Below, piece by piece: positions 1 to 10,568 of a stretch of DNA of 64,000 nucleotides; the stretch's first letter is position 1, and each line of letters opens with the position of its first letter. The position numbers and the translations under genes are program-made. Source of the DNA: an uncultured Methanoregulaceae archaeon (lineage in GTDB: Archaea > Halobacteriota > Methanomicrobia > Methanomicrobiales > Methanospirillaceae); the NCBI GenBank assembly GCA_963717525.1, contig OY970343.1, forward strand, positions 1,504,001 to 1,568,000. The letters run 5' to 3'. The notes beneath the pieces are model-generated. The model did not search any database, had not been told where the DNA came from, and saw only the letters and a program-made list of their open reading frames with translations.

Positions 1-200
1 CCTCAAAAAGCCCGGAAAGAAAAGTGAGTACGGGGTCCTGAGGCGGCGGAAGGGAGAATGAGGGCATATATTCCGGGTAGGATGCATAACGGGAAAAACA
101 TACGTAAATGCACTCGAAAAACCTGCGGCAGGAACGGGCTGGTGCACTGATGGATACGTTAATTATTCGCAACGTCGTTTATATATGTGGAGTTGTTGGC

Positions 201-548
201 ATCACCGATAATACCAAGAAAAAAAGCGACAGTACCGAAATCGGGGCGGCAGACGGTGTGAATCCCGACGGTACTCCGTTCGTCCGGGTCAGGCTGCCAA
301 AAAAATGGAATAATGAGATGTTTGGTTCCGCCGATCTGATGATGGGAGCAAACCACATACGGGTGCGATGTTTTGACGGGGTCACCCGGATGGGACGGAT
401 CAAAGGGAAGATAAAAAAGCGCGTCTGGATCCGGGAAGGAGATACCCTGATTATAGTCCCGTGGAGTTTCCAGGACGACAAGTGCGATATTATCTACCGG
501 TATCTCCCTCCCCAGGTTGACTGGCTGCGGAAGAACCGGTACCTGTAA
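201..548 (+). CDS. eif1a: Translation initiation factor aIF-1A (start codon uncertain)
   Basis: RVRLP...MMGANHIRVRCFDGVTRMGRIKGKIKKRVWIREGD...IIYRY...WL is the aIF-1A signature. The start could be ATG 150, ATC 201 (8 nt after GGAG) or GTG 258. Confidence 0.93.
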   Translation: MTDNTKKKSDSTEIGAADGVNPDGTPFVRVRLPKKWNNEMFGSADLMMGANHIRVRCFDGVTRMGRIKGKIKKRVWIREGDTLIIVPWSFQDDKCDIIYRYLPPQVDWLRKNRYL

Positions 549-633
549 TCTTTTTTCGCGATGTTTTTTTTGCCCACCGGAAATCCTGCCGATGCGGGCC
601 CCGATAATCTTATGAAAACTATTCCTCCGGTTT

Positions 634-1701
634 TCAGCCCGCCCACACACGCTCCCAGAGCATCACGACAATCTCGAACGCGATCAGGAGGATCACCACC
701 CATTCGAGGAAATTCGAGTGCTGGATCCTGACCTCATCGGAAAGCATCGAATAGTTCTCGCGTATCACATTGATCTTCCGGCTCACGCTCTCGCTCCATT
801 GGCCGCTCCTGAGAATCTTTAATGCGGCCGCATAGACCCGGGCGTAGTAAACGTCCTCGGTCACCTTGATCAGGTTATCGACTTTTTCAATAGTCTCCGA
901 GATCTCAGCGGACGTCTTCATCTGGTGGCTCATAATGGCATGGTACTTGCGGCTCCGGGCAAACCAGAACAGCCGGTCCGCGTACTCGATATCATCGTAC
1001 ATCCTCGCCATCTCGCGGGTGAGCTCCCGGTCATAATACCGGAGTTCGAGCACCTGCACGTTTGCAAACTCGATGAGATCGATGAGATCCGTCGGGCTCT
1101 CAGGACCGCACAACAGGGCGGAATCCCAGGAGATCACCGCAAGATCCTCATCCGAGTAACTGAGGGAATTTTTTATAATATCCTCCCGTACCTGGGACGA
1201 GACACGGGTCCGGTCAGCAAGGAGCAGGGGTACCGGGTCAATTGTATCGTCCCGCCGGTCGGTCACATAGATCGTATAGTCTTCGTAGAAGTCCGTGTCT
1301 ATGGCAAAATTCCTGATATGTGGCCTGATGATCTCCCCAAGCGTCGTAAGATACTGGATGAAGAATTCCGAAAGCCCTTCCTGACCGGCGAACCGGAACG
1401 CAACGTCCTCGAGCGCGTGGCGATCTGCCTGCTGGTCCTCGTAGATGAAACAGAGGCTGATAACCCCGATGTCATAGACCCGGGCCACCGCGGAAAATTC
1501 AAACGAACGGCCCTCCCGTTCCACCAGGATCGGCAGCATGCGAATCAGGAGAGGAGACGACTCGATCATGATGGACTTGGGCTTGACCCGGACAAAACTG
1601 GTACGGGCCGTAAAATAATTCTGGGCCAGAGACTTTTCCAGCCAGTCGATATCGAGCTCCCGGCCGATATCATAGATGCGATAAAACCGGAGTGAAATCA
1701 T
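634..1701 (-). CDS. RMD1/DUF155-like protein with a C-terminal TM helix
   Basis: Long ORF with GAGGT RBS before ATG 1701; LELRYYD motif, coiled coil, and a C-terminal LEWVVILLIAFEIV helix. Confidence 0.65.
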   Translation of the reverse strand: MISLRFYRIYDIGRELDIDWLEKSLAQNYFTARTSFVRVKPKSIMIESSPLLIRMLPILVEREGRSFEFSAVARVYDIGVISLCFIYEDQQADRHALEDVAFRFAGQEGLSEFFIQYLTTLGEIIRPHIRNFAIDTDFYEDYTIYVTDRRDDTIDPVPLLLADRTRVSSQVREDIIKNSLSYSDEDLAVISWDSALLCGPESPTDLIDLIEFANVQVLELRYYDRELTREMARMYDDIEYADRLFWFARSRKYHAIMSHQMKTSAEISETIEKVDNLIKVTEDVYYARVYAAALKILRSGQWSESVSRKINVIRENYSMLSDEVRIQHSNFLEWVVILLIAFEIVVMLWERVWAG

Positions 1702-1895
1702 ACCTCGCGCTCCTGAGGGGGAAAAACCCGTGGTATGGGAGTACCATTGTGCCCGAAGCACGATAAAACCTTATACGGTCGCAGTGAACAGGTCCGGAAC
1801 CACTGCAGGGTGGATCGATGGTGACAGCCCCCCGTTTTCATCCGCCGCGGTGCTTTATTATCCCGGCAGCGCAAACCAACGATGGAGAGATTGGA

Positions 1896-2108
1896 ATGAT
1901 TGCTGATTTTCTGTCCATCGGCATGGTAACGGTCATCGGGCTCATGGCAGGTACTGCAATCGGCCTGTTTATCGGATACCTCGTAAAGACGCAGAGAACC
2001 TGCTGGGCAGACATGACCGGGCGTGAAAAAACGATCAATATCGCTCTTATCGTTATCTGTTCTGCGATCTGTATTGCCGGGCTCGCATGGCGTTTTCTCC
2101 TGAACTAA
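1896..2108 (+). CDS. Small two-TM membrane protein
   Basis: GGAG RBS before ATG 1896; two hydrophobic helices separated by W..MT.REK. Confidence 0.65.
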   Translation: MIADFLSIGMVTVIGLMAGTAIGLFIGYLVKTQRTCWADMTGREKTINIALIVICSAICIAGLAWRFLLN

Positions 2109-2263
2109 ATGTCCCATCTACCACGACTGATCTATACTTCAGCCGCTTCCGGGGCAGTGCGCTTTATAGAAGCGGCACATCTTCGCGGTGACAGATTGAT
2201 GATGCCGGACATGCAACAGGAAACGGTACATGCGGTAACAGAAACAGCGGGAGAGGCAGGCAC

Positions 2264-2896
2264 GTGGATACCGGACCGTTTATCAATGGCATCATCATCG
2301 GCGTTGCATTAGCGGCACCGGTGGGACCGATAGCATTCGTGTGCATCCAGCGCTCGCTTGCTTATGGACGCCTTCACGGTATCACCTCCGGGCTCGGTAT
2401 TGCCACTGCCGATGCCTTTTATGCGGCGGTGACGGCATTCGGCCTTGCGCTCATCTCCGACTTCCTGCTCGCCCGCCAGTGGTTTTTCCGTTTGTTCGGC
2501 GGGCTTGCCCTGATCGCTGTGGGAATCCGGATTGTCCTCGCCGCCCCACCAGAGATAACCCCCACTCCCGAGAATGAGTCCTATATCTCCGATTATTCCA
2601 CGATGCTTGCCATCACACTTGCAAACCCGCTCACCATCGTCTTCTTTACCATCATTATCCCGGGCTTCGGGGTGGTGATCAGCGGAAATACCGGGATCAC
2701 CCCCGCGATCTTTGTCATTGGCGTCTTCCTTGGAGAGATGGGCTGGTGGATCTTCCTCTGCGGGACGCTGGGTTCCATGCGGGACTACCTGACCCGGGAG
2801 CGCCTCCACCTGATCAACCGGCTCGCCGGTCTTGTGATCACCGCATTCGGGGCGGTGCTGATCGCCTCCCTGTTCCTGACAAGCGATATTACCTGA
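2264..2896 (+). CDS. LysE/RhtB family translocator
   Basis: GVALAAPVGP, G...GLG.ATAD, TLANP motifs; multiple TM helices. Confidence 0.9.
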   Translation: MDTGPFINGIIIGVALAAPVGPIAFVCIQRSLAYGRLHGITSGLGIATADAFYAAVTAFGLALISDFLLARQWFFRLFGGLALIAVGIRIVLAAPPEITPTPENESYISDYSTMLAITLANPLTIVFFTIIIPGFGVVISGNTGITPAIFVIGVFLGEMGWWIFLCGTLGSMRDYLTRERLHLINRLAGLVITAFGAVLIASLFLTSDIT

Positions 2897-3023
2897 AGCC
2901 GGGCAGGTTGCATCCAGCCGCATCATGGCATCCTGCCAGCTCCTCTCATGATCCCTGTATGTTGCCTCACTATGGGGCCGACGGCCACGGATTGTTCTGT
3001 GTGCGGAGATGATTCACTGAGGG

Positions 3024-3046
3024 AATAGTTCACTTATTTAACTATT
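3024..3046. promoter_or_regulatory. Inverted repeat AATAGTT-N9-AACTATT, candidate MarR operator
   Basis: Perfect 7-bp arms overlapping the AT-rich promoter zone, 35 nt upstream of the MarR start. Confidence 0.6.
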
Positions 3047-3080
3047 AAGCCACAAAACTAGTTCCGGGAGTTGACCTCAT

Positions 3081-3524
3081 ATGGCTGAAGATATACGGGA
3101 TCGTGCTGCCGATGCACTTCTTGCGCTCATCCCGCTCTACTACAAGAACGTCATCCGGCACCGGCCATCAATCAACGGTATACAGGTCGCACAGCTCCAT
3201 ACTCTCGGTGTGCTCATGAAATCCAGATCAATGCCCATGTCCGAGATCGGGAACAGGCTCTATATCTCGCGTCCCTACATGACCAGGCTTGCCAACCTGA
3301 TGATTGCCGACGGTCTGGTGGAGCGTCGGCCGGATCCCGCTGATCGCCGGGTGATCAACCTTGCGATAACGGAGAAAGGAAAAAAATATCTCCGGCAGTC
3401 GATTACCTGGTACAGGAAGGACCTCAAGGAGAACCTGTCAGGTCTCAACGATAGCGACATCGGGAAGCTGTGTACGGCACTGGAAGATGCATACCAGATC
3501 CTTTCAAAACTCCAGGTAGGGTGA
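3081..3524 (+). CDS. MarR family transcriptional regulator
   Basis: MSEIG..LYISRPYMTRL...GLVERRPDPADRR...LAITEKG winged-helix motif. Confidence 0.92.
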   Translation: MAEDIRDRAADALLALIPLYYKNVIRHRPSINGIQVAQLHTLGVLMKSRSMPMSEIGNRLYISRPYMTRLANLMIADGLVERRPDPADRRVINLAITEKGKKYLRQSITWYRKDLKENLSGLNDSDIGKLCTALEDAYQILSKLQVG

Positions 3525-3649
3525 AGAGCGTGCATCTGTTCGGACACGAAAAAATCCACGCACCCGATACCTATGACGCTCATGAGGCCAGTACCGGATC
3601 ATCAGGAATAATATCCGTTTCTCTCCCTGTGGGACAGGACGCAGTGAAT

Positions 3650-4837
3650 ATGACGGATGGATCCGCGATCATCCGGATCGAGCACATCTCCAAGGTCTTT
3701 GCCAGCAAGACAAAGACCGTGACCGCTGTCGACGATGTCTCGTTTGAAGTGAAACGGGGGGAGATCTTCGGGCTTCTTGGGGCAAATGGTGCCGGGAAGA
3801 GCACGCTTATCAGGATCCTCACAACGCTGCTCTCCCCAACATCAGGTCAGGCATTCGTCAATAATTACGACATCACCAAAGACCCGGAGAAGATCCGGGA
3901 GATTATCGGGGTATGTGCACAGAACTACACCAGCGATTCCGAACTGACCGCATACGACAACCTTGAATTCTACGGAAAACTCGAAAATGTCCCGGACAGT
4001 ATCCTCCCGGACCGGATCTGGGAACTCCTGAAAATGGCCGGCCTCGCCGACCGCGCCTACATGCCGGTGGGCACGTTCTCGGGAGGGATGAAACGCAAGC
4101 TCGAGATCGTCCGGGCATTCATCCACCGTCCGCTCATCCTGTTCCTTGACGAACCCACCATCGGTCTCGACCCTGAGGCCCGCAGGGAGGTCTGGCAGCA
4201 GATCGCGCTGCTCAACAAGGAGCACACGACGATCATTCTCACCACCCATTACATGGACGAGGCGGAAAAGCTCTGCGGCAGGATCGCGTTTGTGGAACGT
4301 GGCAGGCTGATCGCTCTTGATACCCTGGAAAACCTTCGGAAACTGATTCCGGCGGGTGATCTTATTGAAATTGGCGTCGACCACATGGACCCCCAGGCAG
4401 AGGAGGCTGTCAGTACACTTCCCCTTATCAACGCGGTATCGGTAGTCGAGCATAAGGTAATGATCTCGGCAACAAACGGCAGCCAGGCGATTCTTTCTAT
4501 CCTTGCCGTATTCGAAAAATACCAGGTTCCCATCATCTCCATCTCCATTCGATCCCCCTCACTTGAGGACATCTTCATCTACCTGACCGGCAAGGGACTG
4601 GACAACGGCAATGGGGACGGAACTGACGCCCCCGGCCCGGCAGGAGGCGGTAGGCATGATGAGGGGGCCCCTTGCCATCTTCAAACGGGACTTCAAAAAG
4701 TTCCTGAGCAACCCGTTCATCATCATGATGACGCTCTTTATGCCCATCATGTACCTGGTTGTCTTCGGGAGCGCGATGGGGGGGACCATCAGCCACATCC
4801 CGGTCGGCGTCGTCCAGGAAGTCCCGCCATACAATGA
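3650..4837 (+). CDS. ABC transporter ATP-binding protein (DrrA-like); 3' end overlaps the permease
   Basis: Walker A GANGAGKST, signature FSGGM, LFLDEPT, TTHYMDEAE, and PSLEDIF C-terminal domain. Alternative start GTG 3521. Confidence 0.92.
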   Translation: MTDGSAIIRIEHISKVFASKTKTVTAVDDVSFEVKRGEIFGLLGANGAGKSTLIRILTTLLSPTSGQAFVNNYDITKDPEKIREIIGVCAQNYTSDSELTAYDNLEFYGKLENVPDSILPDRIWELLKMAGLADRAYMPVGTFSGGMKRKLEIVRAFIHRPLILFLDEPTIGLDPEARREVWQQIALLNKEHTTIILTTHYMDEAEKLCGRIAFVERGRLIALDTLENLRKLIPAGDLIEIGVDHMDPQAEEAVSTLPLINAVSVVEHKVMISATNGSQAILSILAVFEKYQVPIISISIRSPSLEDIFIYLTGKGLDNGNGDGTDAPGPAGGGRHDEGAPCHLQTGLQKVPEQPVHHHDDALYAHHVPGCLRERDGGDHQPHPGRRRPGSPAIQ

Positions 4838-5753
4838 CACCCCACTCTTCACGAGTGCCGCCTACCAGCTCAACCATATCAGCCAGGGCAGCGATAATGA
4901 TGCAGAAAAACAGGTGGATGTGACTGTTTATGCAGATGAAGCCCAGGCCAAACAGGATCTGGAGAACGGCAAAATCTCAGCTGTAGTCGTCTTTCCTTCA
5001 TCCGTCACAAACGATGATGCCGTCCGGCTCTATGTCGACAGTTCGGATTCCATAACCCCCCCGCTGGTTCAGGGAGCGGTAACCCAGGTCCTGCTGGGCC
5101 TTGGGGCAACCAACCCGATCATTGTCGATAAGATCTACGGCGATATCACCTATCTCCAGTTCTTTGGCGTGGGCGTTATTATGATGGCCATCTTCACCTC
5201 CACCATGTTCGGCGGCGGGATCGCGCTTATCAAGGACCGGGAGAACGGCATCCATGAAGGATATCTGGTCACCCCGGTAAAACGATCGAGCATTGTCATG
5301 GGGATCATCTCGAGCGGAACCGTCAGGGCTTTCATTGCCGGATTTACCATATTCTGGATCGATCTGTTGATCACCGGTATGACCCTTCAGAGCATTCAGG
5401 ATTTCTTTCTCGTCCTCCTGGTCATCCTCATCGCCTGTATGGGGGTGACAAGCCTCGTCGTCTCCTTTGCATCCCGTTTCTCGTCGCAGCAGGAGTACTC
5501 ATCGGTCATCGCGTTCTTCAATCTCATGCTTTTTATGACTTCGGGGGCATTTTACCCGGTCATCGGCATGCCGGGCTGGCTGCGCTGGATTACGGTCATT
5601 AATCCGGAGTATTATGGGATCCATGCGTTGAGGAGCATCATCCTGAGGAACCAGGGGCTCAATGTGATCGGGATCGATCTCATTGCCCTGTTGATCTTCT
5701 CGTCTGTCATGATCATCCTCGGCATTGTCACCTTCCGGAGGACCCTTGAATAA
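4656..5753 (+). CDS. ABC-2 type permease
   Basis: Hydrophobic helices; DRENG..EG.LVTP, SGAFYP...MPGWLRWIT.INP motifs. Confidence 0.92.
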   Translation: MMRGPLAIFKRDFKKFLSNPFIIMMTLFMPIMYLVVFGSAMGGTISHIPVGVVQEVPPYNDTPLFTSAAYQLNHISQGSDNDAEKQVDVTVYADEAQAKQDLENGKISAVVVFPSSVTNDDAVRLYVDSSDSITPPLVQGAVTQVLLGLGATNPIIVDKIYGDITYLQFFGVGVIMMAIFTSTMFGGGIALIKDRENGIHEGYLVTPVKRSSIVMGIISSGTVRAFIAGFTIFWIDLLITGMTLQSIQDFFLVLLVILIACMGVTSLVVSFASRFSSQQEYSSVIAFFNLMLFMTSGAFYPVIGMPGWLRWITVINPEYYGIHALRSIILRNQGLNVIGIDLIALLIFSSVMIILGIVTFRRTLE

Positions 5754-5962
5754 GGGGGCTGCTTATGGGAAACAGGCGCCATTGGAATGACGGGGATACC
5801 CAGTCCCGCACGCCGGGAAGACGGGGACTAAACTACGGTCTGAACGAAGGGGAGAATGAGAATACGAGGTTACAGAAGCGCAGCTCAGGAGCGGGATATA
5901 TGATAAGGATTTCAACCGGTACTAAAATTCACACAACTTTTTCGAGGATCTGCATGAATGAA

Positions 5963-7327
5963 ATGAGCCGGACTCTACCATCTTCAACAAGGGATACTGC
6001 CGGGACTGGAGAAAGTTGTTATGGGCACCGCACCAACCTGCCGCGGCTCCTGTGCCTCGTTTCGATAGTTCTTGTCCTTCTTGCGATATCGCCGGCGCTG
6101 GCCGGGACGCAGATCATGGCGGGGAGTCCTGCGCTGGGAGCGCACATCGCGGGCACGAACGAGTTCTCACCCGGGGACGACGTCAACCTGCAGGTCGTCA
6201 TCGAGAACACGGGACTCAACCAGTTCATGATCGTGCAGTCAGGGATCATCAGCCCGACCGATCTCTCGAACACGGCAAAACAGCTGACCGCGACATTAAG
6301 CCCGGGGGATGCGCCGCTGGTGGTCAAGGCGGACCCGCAGATAGTGGGTGATTTACCAGCGAGCGCCAGTGCCACGGCCACGTTCCACGTCACGGTCAAC
6401 CAGTATGCGGCGGCCGGGACCTACCAGTTACCGGTGGTACTGAACTACACCTACCTGTACCAGGCCAACCAGGAAGGCAGCGAGACCCTGAACTACCAGT
6501 ACAAATCTATCAACCAGACGATCAGCATCCCGATCACGATAACCCCCGAGGTGCAAATCGCGGTTCCCGATGTGGAACCCGAGAACCTGAACGCCGGGAT
6601 CGAGGGATATGTCAATATGACTGTCGAAAACGTCGGGTCAGACGACGGCCGGAACGCGGTGATCCGTGTCCAGCAGAACGGCCAGAGCCCGATCACGCCC
6701 ACCGAAGGGAGCGTCTATATCGGAGACTTCCCGGTCGGTGCGGTGGTCAACTGCACGTTCCGGGTCATGGTGGCAAGCACGGCCCAGCAGAAGACCTACC
6801 CGCTCGACGTGCTGGTCTATTACAAGAATTACGAAGGGGACTACGTGAACTCGCCCATCGAGACCGTCGGGGTCCCGGTCGGCCAGAAGGTGGACTTCAG
6901 CGTCACGCCCGCCAGCGCCTCAATTTCGCCGGGCGCCAACGCCGTGATCACGGTCCAGTACCAGAATACCGGCGGCACGACCGCCTATAACGCCGAGGCC
7001 CGGATCAGCGCCGTCGACCCGTTCACGAGCAACGATGATACGGCGTTCCTGGGCACGATGGCACCCGGGGATACCCGGACCGCCTCGTTTGCCGTCTCGG
7101 TCGACCCGGCTGCGACGGTAAAGGAATACGGCCTGGATTCCGAGGTGCTCTACCGCGATGCGCTGGATAACCAGTTCACCTCCGACCCCCTCAAGGTCAA
7201 CGTGGACGTGGTCCCGGCACAGAGCGTCGTAACCCAGATCGGTCTCCCGGGGCTGATCGCCATCATCCTCGCCGTGCTGGCCATTGCAGGCTATGTGATC
7301 TACATCAAACGGTTCAAACCACGGTAA
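5963..7327 (+). CDS. COG1361 S-layer-domain family surface protein
   Basis: Signal peptide (LLCLVSIVLVLLAISPALA), Ig-like repeats (V.N.G, GTYQLPV.LNY, KEYGLDSEV.YRD) and a C-terminal TM anchor with basic tail. Confidence 0.8.
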   Translation: MSRTLPSSTRDTAGTGESCYGHRTNLPRLLCLVSIVLVLLAISPALAGTQIMAGSPALGAHIAGTNEFSPGDDVNLQVVIENTGLNQFMIVQSGIISPTDLSNTAKQLTATLSPGDAPLVVKADPQIVGDLPASASATATFHVTVNQYAAAGTYQLPVVLNYTYLYQANQEGSETLNYQYKSINQTISIPITITPEVQIAVPDVEPENLNAGIEGYVNMTVENVGSDDGRNAVIRVQQNGQSPITPTEGSVYIGDFPVGAVVNCTFRVMVASTAQQKTYPLDVLVYYKNYEGDYVNSPIETVGVPVGQKVDFSVTPASASISPGANAVITVQYQNTGGTTAYNAEARISAVDPFTSNDDTAFLGTMAPGDTRTASFAVSVDPAATVKEYGLDSEVLYRDALDNQFTSDPLKVNVDVVPAQSVVTQIGLPGLIAIILAVLAIAGYVIYIKRFKPR

Positions 7328-7413
7328 ATAACCTTTTTTTACCCCGCCTGCGGCTGGTTTGGATAGCATGATATTTATGGAGAAATAACCCTCTAAAGCA
7401 AGAGCACCCGCGC

Positions 7414-9336
7414 ATGAATCAGACTACACGAACGGTCGCACTCATTCAGATGGAGATCGGGCCGGATCCGGACAGCAACCTCAAAACTGCGCTTGAGCGT
7501 GTTGAACATGCCGCACGGAACGGGGCACAGTTCATCTGCCTGCCCGAATTGTTCCGTACCCGGTACTTCCCGCAGCAGATAGGTGTAAACGCAGAGCCGT
7601 TTGCCGAGACTATTCCCGGTGAATCGACGCAGGCATTTGCCCGGCTCGCCCGTGACTATGCGGCGGTTATCATTGTCCCTGTCTTTGAACGGTCTCCTTC
7701 TGGACAGTTCTTCAATGCAGCAGTCGTGATCGATGCAGATGGCAGTCTCCATGCTTCCTACCATAAGGTACACATCCCCCAAGATCCGAAATTTTTTGAA
7801 AAAGGGTATTTTTATCCCGGAGATCACTATGCCGTGCATACTACCCGGTATGGGAGGATTGCCGTTCTCATCTGCTACGACCAGTGGTTCCCCGAGGCGG
7901 CACGGTGCGTTGCCCTTGACGGGGCGGAGATCATATTCTACCCAACGGCAATCGGGAATCCCTGCACGGATCCACCATCAGAGGGGGACTGGCAGGAAGC
8001 ATGGGAGCTGATCCAGCGCAGCCACGCCATCGCAAACAGCGTGCATATCGCAGCCGTCAACCGGGCAGGCCGGGAAGGAGATATCCAGTTTTTCGGGGGA
8101 TCCTTTGTCTGCGACGCGTTCGGGAAACTGCTCGCCCATGCCGGCGATACCGGGGAGACGATCACTGCCACGATCGATCTTGGGATAAACGACACGATCC
8201 GGGATTCGTGGGGATTTTTCAGGAACCGCCGCCCGGACACCTACGGTACCGTTTGTGCCCGTGTGCCCGGATACGATGCGACGGCACCGATTCCCGGGAA
8301 AGGGGATACACCGAGGAAACTGGGTTTTTTCATGCCTGCCGAGTGGGAGCAGCACGATGCGGTCTGGTTATCGTGGCCACACAACAAAAACACCTTCCCG
8401 AACCTCCCTCCTGTCGAGGATACCTACGTCAGGTTCATTGCCGGGATAGTCCCCTCAGAACGGGTTGAACTGTTCGTTCCCACGCCAGTGATAAACCGGA
8501 TGGTAAAAGCGCGCCTGAAAAGCGCCGGTATCGAACTGTCCCGGATCACGATCCGGACCATCCCCTACTCCGACGTATGGATCCGCGATTATGGTCCGAC
8601 GTTCGTGGTAAACCCGGCCCTGAAAAGATCGGCAATGGTACGCTGGGAGTTCAATGCGTGGGGCGAAAAATACGAGGACCAGATCGCTGACGGACATGTC
8701 CCCGCTGACATGAACCGGTGGCTTGACCTGCCCGTCTTCAGGCCACAAATTATTCTCGAAGGCGGGTCAATCGACACCAACGGCAGGGGTACGGTGCTGA
8801 CCACACGCTCCTGCCTTCTCAACCAGAACCGGAACCCGAATCTCACGAAGGACGAGATCGAGGAGTACCTCAGGGAATACCTCGGGGCAATAAAAATTAT
8901 CTGGCTCAACCAGGGCATCGCGGGCGATGATACCGATGGTCATATCGATGATATCGCGAGGTTTGTTGCGCCATCCACCGTTGTCTGTGCCTGTGAGGAA
9001 AATCCTGCCGATGAAAATTACGCGGCTCTCAGAGAAAATTTTGAGATCCTGAATTGTGCAACCGACCAGGAGGAAAAACCATTCACGGTGATAAAACTCC
9101 CTATGCCGGCTCCCGTTGTCATCGGTGATGAACGGTGCCCGGCAAGTTACACGAACTTCTATATCGGGAACACCGTGGTAATCGTTCCGGTCTTTGATGA
9201 CCCCCATGACGGGGAGGCCATCCGCATCATCCAGGAACTCTTCCCGGAACGGACGGTTGTTGGAATAAACGCCCGTGCGATGGTAGAAGGATCCGGGACG
9301 TTCCATTGCGCAACCCAGCAGCAGCCCCGGCCGTGA
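7414..9336 (+). CDS. aguB-aguA: Fused N-carbamoylputrescine amidase (nitrilase fold) and agmatine deiminase
   Basis: N-half: LPELF, YHKVHIP, ICYDQWFPE (Glu-Lys-Cys triad), NRRPDTY. C-half: MPAEWE.H, WIRDYGP, EGGSI, DTDGHIDD, SYTNF, GTFHCATQQQP. Confidence 0.93.
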   Translation: MNQTTRTVALIQMEIGPDPDSNLKTALERVEHAARNGAQFICLPELFRTRYFPQQIGVNAEPFAETIPGESTQAFARLARDYAAVIIVPVFERSPSGQFFNAAVVIDADGSLHASYHKVHIPQDPKFFEKGYFYPGDHYAVHTTRYGRIAVLICYDQWFPEAARCVALDGAEIIFYPTAIGNPCTDPPSEGDWQEAWELIQRSHAIANSVHIAAVNRAGREGDIQFFGGSFVCDAFGKLLAHAGDTGETITATIDLGINDTIRDSWGFFRNRRPDTYGTVCARVPGYDATAPIPGKGDTPRKLGFFMPAEWEQHDAVWLSWPHNKNTFPNLPPVEDTYVRFIAGIVPSERVELFVPTPVINRMVKARLKSAGIELSRITIRTIPYSDVWIRDYGPTFVVNPALKRSAMVRWEFNAWGEKYEDQIADGHVPADMNRWLDLPVFRPQIILEGGSIDTNGRGTVLTTRSCLLNQNRNPNLTKDEIEEYLREYLGAIKIIWLNQGIAGDDTDGHIDDIARFVAPSTVVCACEENPADENYAALRENFEILNCATDQEEKPFTVIKLPMPAPVVIGDERCPASYTNFYIGNTVVIVPVFDDPHDGEAIRIIQELFPERTVVGINARAMVEGSGTFHCATQQQPRP

Positions 9337-9432
9337 GGTCAGGTGCCGGAACATTATTCACGGTTTTTTTGTTAAGTCCCTGCGTATGGCGGCGAAGTAC
9401 TGTCCTCCTCAGCCACTGGACAGGAAAAAAAG

Positions 9433-9849
9433 TTAGTGCCGTTTTGCCAGAACAACGATGACACCGGCGACTCCGATGCCTGAAACAACGGTCACAAGGG
9501 AGACCGGGGATTTTGCCGTGGTCTCTGCTGCAGAGGGGGAGAGTGCGGGTGTACCTTGTGCCGGGGCTTCTGCACCCGCAGGAGACGCGGGAGAGGAAAC
9601 CGTGGTCGGGAGTGTGGTGATGGTTGTTCTATTCATGGAAGGGGAAGCCGTGCCAGCTGTCTCAGTAGCAACCGCTGCAGGGGTTGCAGTTACCAAAGGT
9701 GTGGAGGGAAACGTCACCATCCCCGTGACCTCCGTTGTAGTTGTAACGGGTACGGTCCGGGCCATTGCGGAGACCGGCGCCATGAAGAAACATGCTGCCA
9801 GAAGCAGGATAAACGGCAGGGCAAGTTTTACCGATAATCTCTTGGTCAT
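9433..9849 (-). CDS. Secreted Thr/Pro/Ala-rich protein with archaeosortase-type C-terminal anchor
   Basis: N-terminal signal peptide, low-complexity TT/SP linker, then KSPVS, a TM helix and KRH. Confidence 0.7.
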   Translation of the reverse strand: MTKRLSVKLALPFILLLAACFFMAPVSAMARTVPVTTTTEVTGMVTFPSTPLVTATPAAVATETAGTASPSMNRTTITTLPTTVSSPASPAGAEAPAQGTPALSPSAAETTAKSPVSLVTVVSGIGVAGVIVVLAKRH

Positions 9850-10001
9850 AGGGGACAGTTGGATTCCGGGAGATATGAGAGTTATGGATCCCGGGAAACC
9901 TGTGATGTCCGTTTAAGATAACAGTGATCCCGGCCGGAAACGCGGAGCAGGAATTATCCGGGATTGCGCGGGCATCCCCGGCCCTGAACGCAGTATAGTC
10001 T

Positions 10002-10481
10002 TCAGGCCGGTTTCTGCTGGCGCAAGGAAGCAATAACTTCCTTGATATCGGGGATGCTGTGAACAGGATAGATCTTCACGAAGGTAACCCGCTGTTCCTC
10101 ATCAATGAGAATATTAGCCCTCTCTGAGAACCCGTTTGCATCCCTGAAGATCCCGTACATCATGGCAACATGACCGTGAGGCCAGAAATCACACAGCAGG
10201 GGGGTTTGCGTGATCCCCAGATTTCCAGCCCATGCCTTCTTGCAGGGAACAGAATCGACGCTGATCCCGACCGCTATGGTGTTAAGGGATGCCAGGACAT
10301 CCCGGTTATCCTCGAGCGATTTCATCTGGCCGGCACAGAAAGGGGTCCAAGCAAGCGGGTGAAACGAGAGAAGAACCCCTTTTCCTGCATGTTCAAACAG
10401 ATCAAAGGTCGCATCGTTCTGATCTTTGAGCGAGAAATTCCGTGCCGGATCGCCGGTCCGAATAAGGGGCTGCCCTTCCAT
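10002..10481 (-). CDS. Peroxiredoxin (AhpE-like)
   Basis: FHPLAWTPFC peroxidatic motif, ISVDS, DFWPHG.VA..YG, SERA. Confidence 0.9.
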   Translation of the reverse strand: MEGQPLIRTGDPARNFSLKDQNDATFDLFEHAGKGVLLSFHPLAWTPFCAGQMKSLEDNRDVLASLNTIAVGISVDSVPCKKAWAGNLGITQTPLLCDFWPHGHVAMMYGIFRDANGFSERANILIDEEQRVTFVKIYPVHSIPDIKEVIASLRQQKPA

Positions 10482-10568
10482 GATATCACCAGTACACTTC
10501 CGGAATGCAACCATCAGATATGAGGGTTCGCATCCCGGAAGCCTGGCCTGTAGCGACCGCTGTGTCCT

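Noticed and set aside
1..67. Start of a divergent minus-strand gene (MPSFSLPPPQDPVLTFLSGLFE)
   Set aside because: Only 22 codons are visible at the window edge, too little to support a call.
4656..4837. 182-nt overlap or His-rich tail of the ABC ATPase as a functional feature
   Set aside because: The tail is just the off-frame reading of the permease start. A lost stop or one-base error near 4630-4655 explains it more simply.
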